In this document: positions 23,456 through 34,674 of the stretch, one piece after another
Numbering within the stretch: position 1 is the first letter of the stretch
Layout of the letters: each line of letters begins with the position of its first letter
From: Chiloscyllium plagiosum
Lineage: Eukaryota
Direction of reading: 5' to 3'
DNA: 35,080 nt
Assembly (NCBI RefSeq): GCF_004010195.1
Contig: NC_057752.1
Coordinates: 6,897,474 to 6,932,553, forward strand
Translations under genes and position numbers: made by a program
The notes under the pieces: generated by a model
Told to the model about the DNA's origin: nothing
The model's database searches: none
Seen by the model: the letters and a program-made list of their open reading frames with translations, nothing else

Positions 23456-24325
23456 TCCTATAATGCGGTGACCAGACCTGCATGCAATACTCCAAGTGCG
23501 GCCGCGCCAGAGTTTTGTACAGCTGCAGTATAACTTCATGGTTCCGAAACTCGATCCCTCTATCAATAAAAACTAACACACCTTCTGAACAACCCTATCA
23601 ACCTTGGTGGCAACTTTCAGGGATCTATGTACCTGGACACTGAGATCTCTCTGCTCATCTACACTACTGAGAATCTTACCATTAGCCCAGTACTCTGCAT
23701 TCCCGTTACTTCTTCCAAAGTGAATCACCTCACACTTTTCCACATTAAAATCCATTTGCCACCTCACAGCCCAGCCCTGCAGCTTATCCATGTCCTCTGT
23801 AACCTGCAACATCCTTCGGCACTATCCACAACTCCACCAACCTTAGTGTCATCTGCAAATTTACTAACCCATCCTTCTATGCCCTCAACCAGGTAATTTA
23901 TAAAAACGACAAACAGTGGACCCAAAACAGATCCTTGCAGTACCCCACTAGTAACTGAACTCCAGGATGAACATTTCCCATCAACCACCACCCTCTGTCT
24001 TCTTTCAACTAGCCAACTCCTGATCCAAACCACTAAATCACCCTCAATCCCACGCCTCTGTATTTTGTGCAATGGGCTTATCATGGGGAATCTTATCAAA
24101 TGCTTTACTGAAATCCATACACACCACATCAACCGCTTTACCCTCATCCACCTGTTTGGTCACCTTCCCAAAGTACTCCAAGGTTTGTGAGGCACGACCT
24201 ACCCTTCACTAAACTGCGTTGACTATCTCTAAACATCTCTATTTCCAGATGATTATAAATCCTATCTCCTTAACCCTTTTCACACATTTACCCACAACCG
24301 AAGTAAGGCTCACTGGTCTCTAATT
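23456..24325 (-). mobile_element. CR1 LINE reverse transcriptase fragment
   Basis: [30 protein letters not shown] and WQMDFNVEKCEVIHFG; frameshifted. Confidence 0.92.
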
Positions 24326-24379
24326 TATTCTTTAACTCCAAGAAAAAAAAACGAACTATCTACACTGTAATCCTCCTTT

Positions 24380-24906
24380 GTCCGATCAATTTGTCTACCT
24401 CCCACTCTACAACACTATACTGATCCAATAAAACCCCCGATTAACTTTTAAAAAAAAAAATCAATTTTCAAAAACCAGTCAGGTGTTTATTTTCCTCTGT
24501 AGATTTTTCCTGGGTCTTTTCTTCAGTCTTCTGCTGCACAGATTTCATATGAACAGGTACCTTTCAGAGAGCATGTCTGCAGTCAGTTTGTTGGTGCTCT
24601 TTTCCACTCTGGCTAACTGTTCAAAATGCCCAATTTTTTTTAACTCCAAAACATCGGATTGGCTCATTGAATTTTACTGGTTTGATGTCATCAAAACAAA
24701 ATTTGATTGGAATTTGGTTTCTTGGGGCATAATTTAAACTGGCCAAATTCAAATTTGTTGCGTACCATAACAACTCTGCTCAGCTATTTGTTTCACAGCC
24801 AAATGTTACATTTTTAAATTTTTCAGCACACTCTGTGCTTGTAAAGTCCTTGCCAGCTTTCACTCTCTCTCTTAAAGGTACAGTACACACCTGCAACTTT
24901 ATAACA
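24380..24906 (-). mobile_element. LTR-like element related to 6325-7060
   Basis: Minus strand starts tgttataaagttgcaggtgtgtactgtaccttt and shares gagagtgaaagctggcaa and ccagtttaaattatgccccaaga. Confidence 0.65.
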
Positions 24907-25390
24907 TATCCCTTAATTCTTTGAGATATGAAAACATCTCAGTCTTGAATTATTATACTCCACAACCCCTTTAGTATCCATCCACTGTGGTAGACTGAAT
25001 TCAGTAAAAGCTGGAATAAAAAGCATAAAAGCCCATCTACTTTGCTAATGCTCTTTCATGAAGGAAACCTTACCTGGTCTGGCCTGTGACTTCAGACCCA
25101 CACAATGCATTTGATACTTGGATAGACATTAAATGCTGACCTAGTCAGTGATACTCAAATGCCATGAACAATTTTTTAAAAATCAAATTCTCCTCATACT
25201 TTTACAGATTACGAGGAGAGGTGAGCTTTAATGTGTCTCTGGTTTAAATTAGCAGGGGAGTTTACCCATGTCGTACCAAATGGCACAACCAGAAAAGTGA
25301 AATTGTAGCAGAAAATCACCCATGATCATCTTGAATGGTTGAGCAGGCTCAAAGAGCTGTAACCTACTTCTTATGTTGGCTCTTATATTG

Positions 25391-25820
25391 AAAACAACAA
25401 ATGCTGGAAATCACAGTGCAGCATCCATGGTTGGTGGGGGGGTTGGTGGTGGGAGGGGAGAGACAGAGACAGATAACGTTTTGAGTCAAGATGACTCTTC
25501 ATCAGAACTAGAGTGTGGAGGAACACCATTTAAATTTTAGGCAAAAGTGAGGACTGCAGATGCTGGAGAATAGAGTCAAGAGTGTGGTGCTGGAAAAGCA
25601 CAGCAGGTCAAATAGCATCCAAGCAGGGGATTCAACATTTTGGGCAAAAGATTACTGATGAACGGCTTTTGCTAAAAAAAAAATCAATTATCCTGCTCCT
25701 CAGATGCTGCCTGACCTGCAATGCTTTTCTAGCACCACACTCTCGACAATTTAATTTTAGCTTGCTCGCTCGCCATGGATGCTGCCTGACCCACTGTGAC
25801 CTCCAGCATTTGTTGTTTGT
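25391..25820. mobile_element. Nested inverted Penelope-associated repeats with decayed hammerheads
   Basis: Outer arms at about 25391-25430 and 25773-25820; inner family-1 inverted insert 25541-25748 flanked by AATTTTAG (25533-25540, 25753-25760). Confidence 0.7.
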
Positions 25821-26098
25821 AGTACAGATTCCAGGATCTGCACTAATTTGGTGCCAGTAAGTTTCAATGTTCCAAGGTCACAAATACTGCAGAAATGCAA
25901 GTCTTGCAGGTTTGGTTTACACTTTTCCTCAAGTGAGCAGCATTTGGAAAAGGGAGGCTACAGTGAGGGGAAAAGATAGAATGGGGGGGGGGGGGGGGGT
26001 AGAAAAGAAAGGGGGAATCAAAACCATCGCTTCCAACAATACAGAAAATAGCATTTTCCAGAAATAAAACTACATTCATTTTCTTAACGAAATTGGAG

Positions 26099-26099
26099 C

Positions 26100-26135
<36 letters not shown>
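26099..26135 (+). repeat. (GAAA)n(GATA)n microsatellite
   Basis: Seen directly. Confidence 0.9.
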
Positions 26136-26136
<1 letters not shown>

Positions 26137-26599
26137 TATTTGATAGCACAGCAGAGCCCCAGAAGTGTAGAGGTGGATATGGTACAGACCACCGTGTCAG
26201 CTTGCAGAGATCATGACTGTTCTTGGCACTGCTGACCACAAGGAATCCTACATCAGCTCAGTGAACCTGACATTTCAGAACCACTTTCGTGATTAAAAGT
26301 TGAAATTCCAAAAAGAATACACGCGTGATGATCAGTTGTTTCTTTTACAGAAAAGATGGTTTTTTTAAAAAAAATGCCCAATGGTTTAACCCTCTCATTA
26401 AACTCAGTTTGAAGTTTCAGGACAACATTGCCAAATAAAATGGGTTCAATTGCAATATACTTTAAAACTTTTAACGTTTAAGTCGAAATACGTTAAAAAA
26501 AAACTCGTGATTTAAAATGTTTCGTTGCTTCTGCCTTGATAAAAACCTTTGAGCATCATCATTAAGAAAATATTCAGACTTTCAAATCCCCTCAGAAAC

Positions 26600-26770
26600 C
26601 ACCCCTCACCCAAGCCCAACGACACTTTACCAGACGATTCCACACGACGCGTCATTCGATTGACACGGGAGCAGCATGCGCATGCGTGGTATCAGGCCAG
26701 CGCCTGTGACGTCTATTTATTTATGGCTTGAGCGCGAGCCGCGTTGATCCAGATGTCGAGTGTGATGACA
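26600..26770 (-). promoter_or_regulatory. CpG-rich SUOX promoter and probable non-coding exon 1
   Basis: Non-repeat CpG cluster. Palindromic GCATGCGCATGC (26674-26685) contains an NRF1-like TGCGCATGCG; CRE-like TGACGTC at 26707-26713. Minus-strand donor candidates TGG|gtgagg (exon end 26610) and CTG|gtaaag (exon end 26631). The ATG exon has an acceptor, so an upstream exon is required. Confidence 0.65.
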
Positions 26771-27409
26771 GTAACTGGAAGAGCAATGTGCAGCTGCACT
26801 GTTTCCCGGACAGTTCGTGGCTGTCTGAGGAGTTTATATACATGTATTCCCCATAGATTATTTTAATGTAGAACAAAAAAAAACATGCTGTAAAAATTGA
26901 GTTAGTCTACCGCTATTTGTAGAGGGAAAGCCTGACCTGTCAATTATATCCGGCGGGTTTTTTTTCTTATTCAGATTTTGTTTTGGCGATTTGAATACTC
27001 CGTCTGACTCCCACTCGAGGCCTGTGAGCTCTGGCTACGATGCTATTTCAGTGAAGTTCAACATAAGCCTGAGGAACATTTCAACTCGTTTCCTTTTTCT
27101 TTGCAGATTTGTTTTTACCTTTTTCTTACAGCAATTGTTCATGAGTCTGTCATTCACACCTCACCTAAACCTATCTTTTGTACCAATTACTGACCTCTTT
27201 GCTTTGCATGATCAACCCTGTAGGCATTTAATCTCTCTGAACTTGCCACACTTTTTGCCCTTTTATTGCCTTTAAAATATGTTATCTCTTCAATTTTTCT
27301 CAGTTTTGACAGAAGGACATCCACCTGAAATTTTAGCTGATTTGTCTTTCCATAGATACTTTATTGCTGGAACAGCACAGCAGGTCAGGCAGCATCCAGG
27401 GAACAGGAG

Positions 27410-27445
27410 ATTCGACGTTTCGGGCACAGGCCCTTCTTCAGGAAT
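27410..27445 (-). ncRNA. Minimal hammerhead ribozyme motif, intact
   Basis: ATTC CTGAAGA A GGGC CTGT GCCC GAAA CGTC GAAT: 4-bp stem I, 4-bp stem II, palindromic ACGT, GUC triplet. Confidence 0.75.
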
Positions 27446-28358
27446 GAGCAGAGAGTGTTCAGCAGATATCACTGGGATGCTTTTTTGCCATTATTATGGC
27501 AATAATGTTTTTTTCAAATTTAAAAAAAAGTTATGATATTTCAGCTACTTTAATCCCATGTGTATCACTGATGATTTGTATTTACTCTGTGGAAATTTTA
27601 ATTGAGTAGAAGATTTTACTGCATTTTACTTTCTGATTTGCTGTTTGAGAATACTTCAGTGTAATTGGCTGCCAACTCCCTGCGGTGATATCACTGTTAC
27701 TGTATGCCTAGTGTTTGTCTTGATCTTGCACATATCAAGAAAGGGAAACTTCATGCCTCAGAGATCACTAGATAGCAGAAAATCCCTTTAATACTTCAAA
27801 GTACTCTTTTGGTATGATCCTAGATATTGAATATTGTTAGATATTATTACTGGAGCGAATCATAGATTTACATTTAAATAGTTCCCATTTCTGTCTTTGT
27901 TCACTCCTTTCCTCAGCAATATTTTGTGTTTGATTTTGTCTACTTTCTGTGGTTTTATTTACCCTAATGAAGAAGAGCATATCTTCTCAACATCACAACT
28001 ATTGATCTCACCCTGCTTGGCTGTTGTATGGAACCCCCTACGTGTTAACCCCTTAAAGCCAAATACATAACAATATTGTCAAATTTGATGGAATTTTAAT
28101 GCATTTACTTTAGGGGAAATTTGGCATGTTAATATGCTGCAGTTTTTCTTATCTGCGATGTTTTGTGTTATGTTGCTGAAAATATTACTGATGAAATACT
28201 TAGCAGTTGTAGTAAAATCATGCGTATACTTAGGATGAAGAAGATTATGAGTACCACATATGCTTGGTCCAGTTCTTGTTGGATTCATTTGGATATCAAA
28301 GTTGAAACTTTATTGCTGGAACAGCACAGCAGGTCAGGCAGCATCCAGGGAACAGGAG

Positions 28359-28394
28359 ATTCGACGTTTCGGGCACAGGCCCTTCTTCAGGAAT
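28359..28394 (-). ncRNA. Minimal hammerhead ribozyme motif, intact
   Basis: Identical to 27410-27445. Confidence 0.75.
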
Positions 28395-28609
28395 GAGCAG
28401 AGAGTGTTCAGCAGGAGAAGATAAAAGGTAGGGAGGAGGGACTTGGAGGAGGGGCGTTGGAAATGTGATAGGTGGAAAGAGGTCAAGGTGAGGGTGATAG
28501 GTCGGAGTAGGGTGGAGGCGGAGAGGTCAAGAAGAAGACATTTCCAACTCCCCTCCTCCAAGTCCCTCCTCCCTACCTTTTATCTTCTCCTGCTGAACAC
28601 TCTCTGCTC

Positions 28610-28645
28610 ATTCCTGAAGAAGGGCCTGTGCCCGAAACGTCGAAT
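28610..28645 (+). ncRNA. Minimal hammerhead ribozyme motif, intact
   Basis: Identical motif on the opposite strand (right arm of the palindrome). Confidence 0.75.
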
Positions 28646-28879
28646 CTCCTGTTCCCTGGATGCTGCCTGACCTGCTGTGCTGTTCCAGCAATAAAGTTTC
28701 AACTTTGATCTCCAGCATCTGCAGACCTCACTTTCTCCTTTTCCATAGATACTGCCAGGCTTGGTGAGTAAGTGAGGATTTTCAGTTTTCATTAGAAATT
28801 TTAGGAACTTAATCATAGGATGAATGAGCAAACATGGTGAATCAACCTTCCCACATTCACACGTCCATTATTCGTAGTC

Positions 28880-29572
28880 AGAGAGTCTACAGCACAGATA
28901 AAGGTTCTTTGGCCCATTGAGTCCACACTGGTCAAAAACAACCATCTAACTATTCAAATTTCATGTTCCAGCATTTGGCCCATATCCATGTGCATCATAG
29001 CATCACCAGTGCACATCAAAATATTTCAAAAAAGACATGAAAGTTTTTGCCTCTGCCACTCTTACAGGTAGTAGTTCCAGATTCCCACCACCCTCTGGGT
29101 GAAAACAATTTCCTCACATCCTCTGTAAACCTCCTGCCTTAAATATATGCCTATGATCATTGATCCCTCAAACAAGAAGGAAAGTTTCTTCCCATTTCCC
29201 CTGTTTGTACCTCTCATAATTTTGTACACCTCAATCATATCCCCTCTCAATCTCCTCTGCTCCAAGGAAAACAACCTCAGTCTTTCCAACCTCTTCTCGT
29301 TAGTAGAACTCTTCAATCCTGGCAATATCCAGAACTGCACACAATACTCTAGCTGTGGCTTACCAATGTTTTATAAAGTTCCAGCATCACCTCCCTGATA
29401 TTAAACTCTATGTCTTGTCTAATAAATGCAAGTATCCCACATGCCTTCTTAACCACTATCTATCCCACTACCTTAAGGAATCGGTGTTCATGCACACTAA
29501 GGTCCCTCTGTTCTTCAGTGCTTCTCTGTCCCAAGGACATCACCTCACACTTATCTGAATTGAATTCCATTT
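28880..29572 (-). mobile_element. CR1 LINE 3' fragment
   Basis: LERLRLFSLEQRRLRGDMIEVYKIMRG..FTQRVVGIWN and QMEFNSDKCEVM. Confidence 0.85.
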
Positions 29573-29897
29573 GGGAGAAAGTGAGGACTGCAGATGCTGG
29601 AGACCAGAGTTGAAAAATGTGGTGCTGGAAAAACACAGCAGGCCAGGCAGCATCCGAGGAGCAGGACAATCGACGTTTCGGGCATAAGCCCTTCTTCAGG
29701 AACGAGGCTGCTGTGTCAAGCGGGCTGAGGTAAAAGGTAGGGGGGAGGAAGAAGATTGCAGGTCAAGAGGGCGGTGTTGAATCCGGGGGTTGGGACTGAG
29801 ATAAGGTGAGGTACCGAACTACCCAAATGGCCTCCTTCTTCAAAGACTGCAATTTCCCCTCCGACGTGGTCGACGATGCTCTCCACCGCATCTCCTC
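29573..29897. mobile_element. Penelope pLTR (minus) joined to an inverted ORF fragment (plus)
   Basis: Minus-strand hammerhead at 29669-29702 (CTGAAGA A GGGC TTAT GCCC GAAA CGTC); plus strand about 29815-29897 reads RTTQMASFFKDCNFPSDVVDDALHRIS. Confidence 0.7.
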
Positions 29898-30403
29898 TTT
29901 TTGAAGGTAGAACCAAAGTATGTATTTAATTGGTCTGCTATCTGTTTATTCCCCATCATAACTTCCCATGTTTCTGACTGTACCTTACTTCACATCTTTC
30001 CTATTGTGTGGTGACCATAACTCTACTAAATACTCTAAATACTCTACATGAAATTTAACCAGTCTTAGATAACTCCCTTTTGCCTCAGAATATGTGTAGT
30101 TTCTGTTCTTATCAGTTTAATTGCTGATGTCTCCCGAACGTGGGAGTGTTTGTATTAAATGGATTTTTGGAGCAGGGAGATGGGTTAAGGGCTTGCTCTG
30201 TCCTCTCCATGTATCAGCCTGGTATTGCAGTGTTTCCAGGAATGGTGCACCCAATGCCTACCCAAGTTCAAAAGCAGGTTAATGTAATGTGAATCTCTTG
30301 CCTTTACTAGTTTGCCGTGTTGATTGCAGTGATTGTTCCATCTATTATCTTTTCAGTTGCATGAAACTATCATCTTTTGTTATGAGTTTTCTGTCTTATA
30401 AAA

Positions 30404-30698
30404 AGGGCGGCACGGTGGCACAGTGGTTAGCACTGCTGCCTCACAGCGCCAGAGACCCGGGTTCAATTCCCGCCTCAGGCGACTCTCTGTGTGGAGTTTG
30501 CACATTCTCCCCGTGTCTGCGTGGGTTTCCTCCCACAATCCAAAAATGTGCAGGTTAGGTGAATTGACCAGGCTAAATTGCCCATAGTGTTAGGTAAAGG
30601 GGTAAATGTAGGGGAATGGGTCTGGGTGGGTGGCGGGTCGGTATGGACTTGTTGGGCCGAAGGGTTTGCTTCCACACTGTAAGTAATCGAATCTAATC
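30404..30698 (+). mobile_element. Young HE1/V-SINE-like SINE
   Basis: gggcggcacggtggcacagtggttagc (A box), GGTTCAATTCC (B box), V core, CpGs retained, (TAATC)-like tail. Confidence 0.88.
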
Positions 30699-31793
30699 CC
30701 TGCTCTTGTACCTTCGTCCTATAGGATACTGTCTCCTTTATTGACAACTATCTTTAACTTTCTTGCCAACTTTAATGACTTATGCATGTGTACACCCAGG
30801 TCTTTTGCACTCCCTTTAGAATAGTATTCTTTATACTGTCTCTCCATGTTCTTTGTATCAAACCTCATGCTTCTTTGCACTGAATGTTATCTGCCACCTA
30901 TTTGCCCATTCTACCAATGTGTCAATATCCTTTTGAAGTTCTACACTGTTCTCCTCTGTTTACAATTCTTCCAAGTTTTCTGTTGTCCACAAACTTAGAA
31001 ATTTTGCTGAACAATACTTTCAGGGATATGGAGTGAATGGAGCTAAGATACAGACATTCATATATGTAACACTCAGGAGGAAAATGGTGGACAGCTTTAA
31101 ATTTAAGAATTAATTCCTCATTAGTTTATTTTTAATCTAAAAATAGTTTGTGTTCAATATTTGCTTTGATTCTGCAGGGCTTTTGCCCGAAACGTCGATT
31201 TTACTGCTCCTCGGATGCTACCTGAACTGCTGTGCTCTTCCAGCACCACTAATCCAGAATTTTATGGTCAATTAATATTCTGACATTGCAGTAAGTTTGT
31301 GTGCAGCATATCATAAAATATATGCATTCTTCTTGTGTTTCACTTTGGATTAATAGGTTAAGAAGTAATTTCTTATGGAATGTACTTTATTACCTTCAAT
31401 GTCCTCAGTTCCATTTGGCATGGACTCAAACGATTGTGGTTCCAAGCTTTGTTGCAGAACTTCACCCTGACACTTCATAAATTATTTAATGAGTGCTGCA
31501 GGTTAGAGATTCTATCTTCAGTTGAGATTTTTAAAGCAAAGGCTTCATGTATCTGTTCTGCGAGATGTAAAAGATCCCATAGTCTAACTTGAAGAACGAC
31601 AGGGTGTCTGACCCACCACTGTCCCTTAAAACTTAAAATCAGGCAGACTGTTCTAACTAATTACATTAACTGTGTACTGCATTTTTCAAGACATTGAAAG
31701 CAATTGATTAGTTTTAATGCATCTTGGAACTTCTAGAGGATGGTGATACAGGAACATAGGAACAGGAGTAGGCTATTCAACCCCTACAGCCTA

Positions 31794-31998
31794 GGCAAAA
31801 GTGAGGACAGCAGATGCTGGAAATCAGAGTCTAGATTAGAGTGGTGCTGGAAAAGCACAGCAGGTCAGGCAGCATCCGAGAAGTAGGAAAATCGATGGTT
31901 CGGGCAAAAGCCCTTCATCAGGACTGAAGAAGGGCTTTTGCCCGAAATGTCAATTTTCCTACTCCTCGGATACTGCCTGACCTGCTGTGCTTTTCTAG
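31794..31998. mobile_element. Head-to-head inverted Penelope pLTR insertion with 13-bp TSD
   Basis: CCCCTACAGCCTA (31781-31793) and CCCCGACAGCCTA (31999-32011); back-to-back hammerhead cores at about 31890-31952, both mutated. Confidence 0.8.
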
Positions 31999-32264
31999 CC
32001 CCGACAGCCTATTCCACCATTCAATGAGAATGTGGTGCTCAGTAAATAATCACATACAGGAAGAAAGTAAATATATGGCCAAACCAGCAACAGTACATTT
32101 TAATGTCCTAATTTAAAGCTTCCACAAGAGTAGTAATTTGGTCAGGTCACCTGGGTGTGTGCACAACTCTGTTAAATCTAAGGAGAGAGGCAGGCAGCTG
32201 TCTTAATTGCAGAAGTGCATTTCCCTACCAAACATTAATTAGGCTACATTTTAGGGGGGGGGGG

Positions 32265-33960
32265 GGAAACTTGCAAATGGTGGTATTCCTTTGTGCCTGT
32301 CAGCCTTGTCCTTCCAAACAGAAGTGGTCTATGCTAATGTCTACAGTGCTTCTCGTGGACGGTACACACTGCTGTTACTGTGTGTCAGTAATTCAGGGAG
32401 TGAGTGTGGATGTGGTGCCAATCAAGTAACTGCTTTGTCCTGGATGGTTTCAAGCTTCTTGAGTGTTGTTGGAGTTGCACTAACCGAGGTAAGTGGAGAT
32501 TATTCAATTGCACTCCTGGCCTGTGCTTTGTAGATGGTGGACAGGTTCTGGGGAGTCAGGAGGTGAGTTTCTCGCTGCAGGATTCCTAACCTCTGACCTG
32601 CTCTCTGGAGGAGGCCAAGATGGATCATTCACTCAGCACTTCTGGCTGAAGATTATTCAAATGCTTCAGCCTTGTTTTTTGCACTGATGTGCTGGCATCC
32701 CCCATCATTGAGGATGGGATTATTCATGGAGCCTCCTCCTCTAGTGAGTTGTTTACAAATTCACAACTGGAAATGGCAGGACTGCAGTGTAGATCTGATC
32801 CATTGCCTGTGGAACTATTTAGCTTTGTCTGTCACTTGTGGCTTATGCTGTTTGGCATACAAATATTGTAGTCCTGTTTTGTAGCTTCACTTTTAGGTAT
32901 GCCTGGTGTTGCTGCTGGCTTGATGGTAATGTTAGAATAGGGGATATGCCTGATCATGAGGTTTCAGATTGTGTTGGAGTACAATTTTGCAGCTGCTAAT
33001 GGCCCACAATGCCTCATGGATGCCCAGCCTTGATCTGTTCAAAGCCTGTTCCGTTTATCATTATGACAGTGCCACATAACACAATGGAGAGTATCCTTAT
33101 TGTGAAGACGGGACTTTGTCTCCATGACAACTGTGCACCCTTACTATTGCTGTTATGGACCAATGAATTTGCAGAAGCAGAGTGGTGAAGATAAGATTAT
33201 TTGTTTTGTCTGAACACTGCCACAGATTGAGTTTAACAGTTATGTCCTTTAATCAATAGCAGCGCTGCAAATCACTCTTGGTGACGAACATTGAAGTTTT
33301 CCACCCAGAGTACATTCTGGCCTTTGCCAGAAGTGGTAATGAACATATAGGAGCACTGATTCATCAGCTGAGAGGGGATGGGGTACATAATTATCAGGAG
33401 GCCTTGCATTTCCCATGCTTGCCATCAGAGTTCATGGGGTCTACAGTCCTTGAGAAATCCTTGGGCAAATCCATCCTAACTATATATCAGCGTCTTTCCA
33501 CCTTTATTGGGTTTGCCTTACCAGTGGGACAGGACATACAGAGGGATAGTGATGGTGTTGTCCAGGATATTAACTATAAGGTATGATTCCATGAGTATGG
33601 CTATTTCAGGCTGTTGCTTGACTAGTCTCTGACAGCTCTCCTAATTTTGGCATCAGCCCCCAGACGTTGAGAAGGAGGACTTTGCAGCGTCAACAAGGCT
33701 GAGTTTGCCATTGTTGTTTCTGGTGCTTTCATCGAAGCCTGATGGTCCATCCTGTATCATTCCTTTTTGAGCCTTTTTAGTGGTTTATACAACTAAATGG
33801 CAAGCTAGGCAAGATCAAGTAAGGACAAATTTTCTTGCCTGAAGGACATTACTGAATCAGAGAGATTTTTAACACAATTGACAATGGTTTAATGATCATT
33901 ATTCACCTTTAAATTCCAGATTTTTATTAAATTCAAATTCCACCATGTGCAATGGTGGAG
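32265..33960 (-). mobile_element. Old LINE remnant (CR1/L2-like) with tRNA-like 5' head
   Basis: Similar to about 3590-4000 and 17570-17878; the minus strand near 33290-33310 reads like a GDFNVHH-type endonuclease motif. Decayed. Confidence 0.55.
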
Positions 33961-34430
33961 TATCTGGAGTTGAAAACAGTGCTGAACAATTGTCAGAGAA
34001 CATCCCTATTTCTGATCTTGTGATGGAAGGTTCAAGACCCAAAATATTTGAGGTAACAAACAAGCCCAATTACAAAATCAAACCTTTCATTTGTTCAGAT
34101 TTGTGTTTGCCTCAATTCCTGACCCCACACAGGTTAGGTAGACTTTGAGGGTCATAAACCTGTTCTACTCAACAATTGCTTCATAGATTTCATAGAGAAC
34201 AATTGGCTAGATTAGCTGAGTAAAATAGATTAGATGCAAATAAAGAAAACAATGTAGGTCTTGACTTCGTGGCAGTGTAACATATGTGATGGCAGGTTGT
34301 TGGCCTGTCTCTTCTCTGGTCTCATTTTATACTTTTTATCCACCCTGAACTGTTTATGCTCTTCTGAAATGGTAGACTTGTCATTGCACTGCATAGGCAC
34401 AGTTATGACAAAGTCCAAAAATGTGTTGTG

Positions 34431-34674
34431 CTTTTTCTGTACTTTCATGCAGTGTCATTTCCTACAGTCAAGTGCTAATAACAGATAGAGAGGCTTTTTA
34501 CACCTGTGTTACTCTGCAACCGGCCATTAATCCGAGATGGATTCTTAGAACACTTTTTCTGTACTTTCATGCAGTGTCATTTCCTACAGTCAAGTGCTAA
34601 TAACAGATAGAGAGGCTTTTTACACCTGTGTTACTCTGCAACCGGCCATTAATCCGAGATGGATTCTTAGAACA
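34431..34674 (+). repeat. Perfect 122-bp tandem duplication
   Basis: 34431-34552 equals 34553-34674. Confidence 0.93.

Larger units (their letters stand above)
28295..28709. repeat. Long inverted repeat: 172-bp arms (28295-28466 and 28538-28709), 71-bp spacer
   Basis: Arms are reverse complements; I found one mismatch (28455/28549). Both strands give the same spurious peptide end in the ORF track. Confidence 0.95.

Noticed and set aside
23024..23533. 169-aa Pro-rich ORF
   Set aside because: Off-frame reading of a C-rich Penelope remnant.
27569..27636. Box C/D snoRNA (TGATGA...CTGA)
   Set aside because: No terminal stem, recognisable guide or host gene; such motifs are expected by chance in AT-rich DNA.
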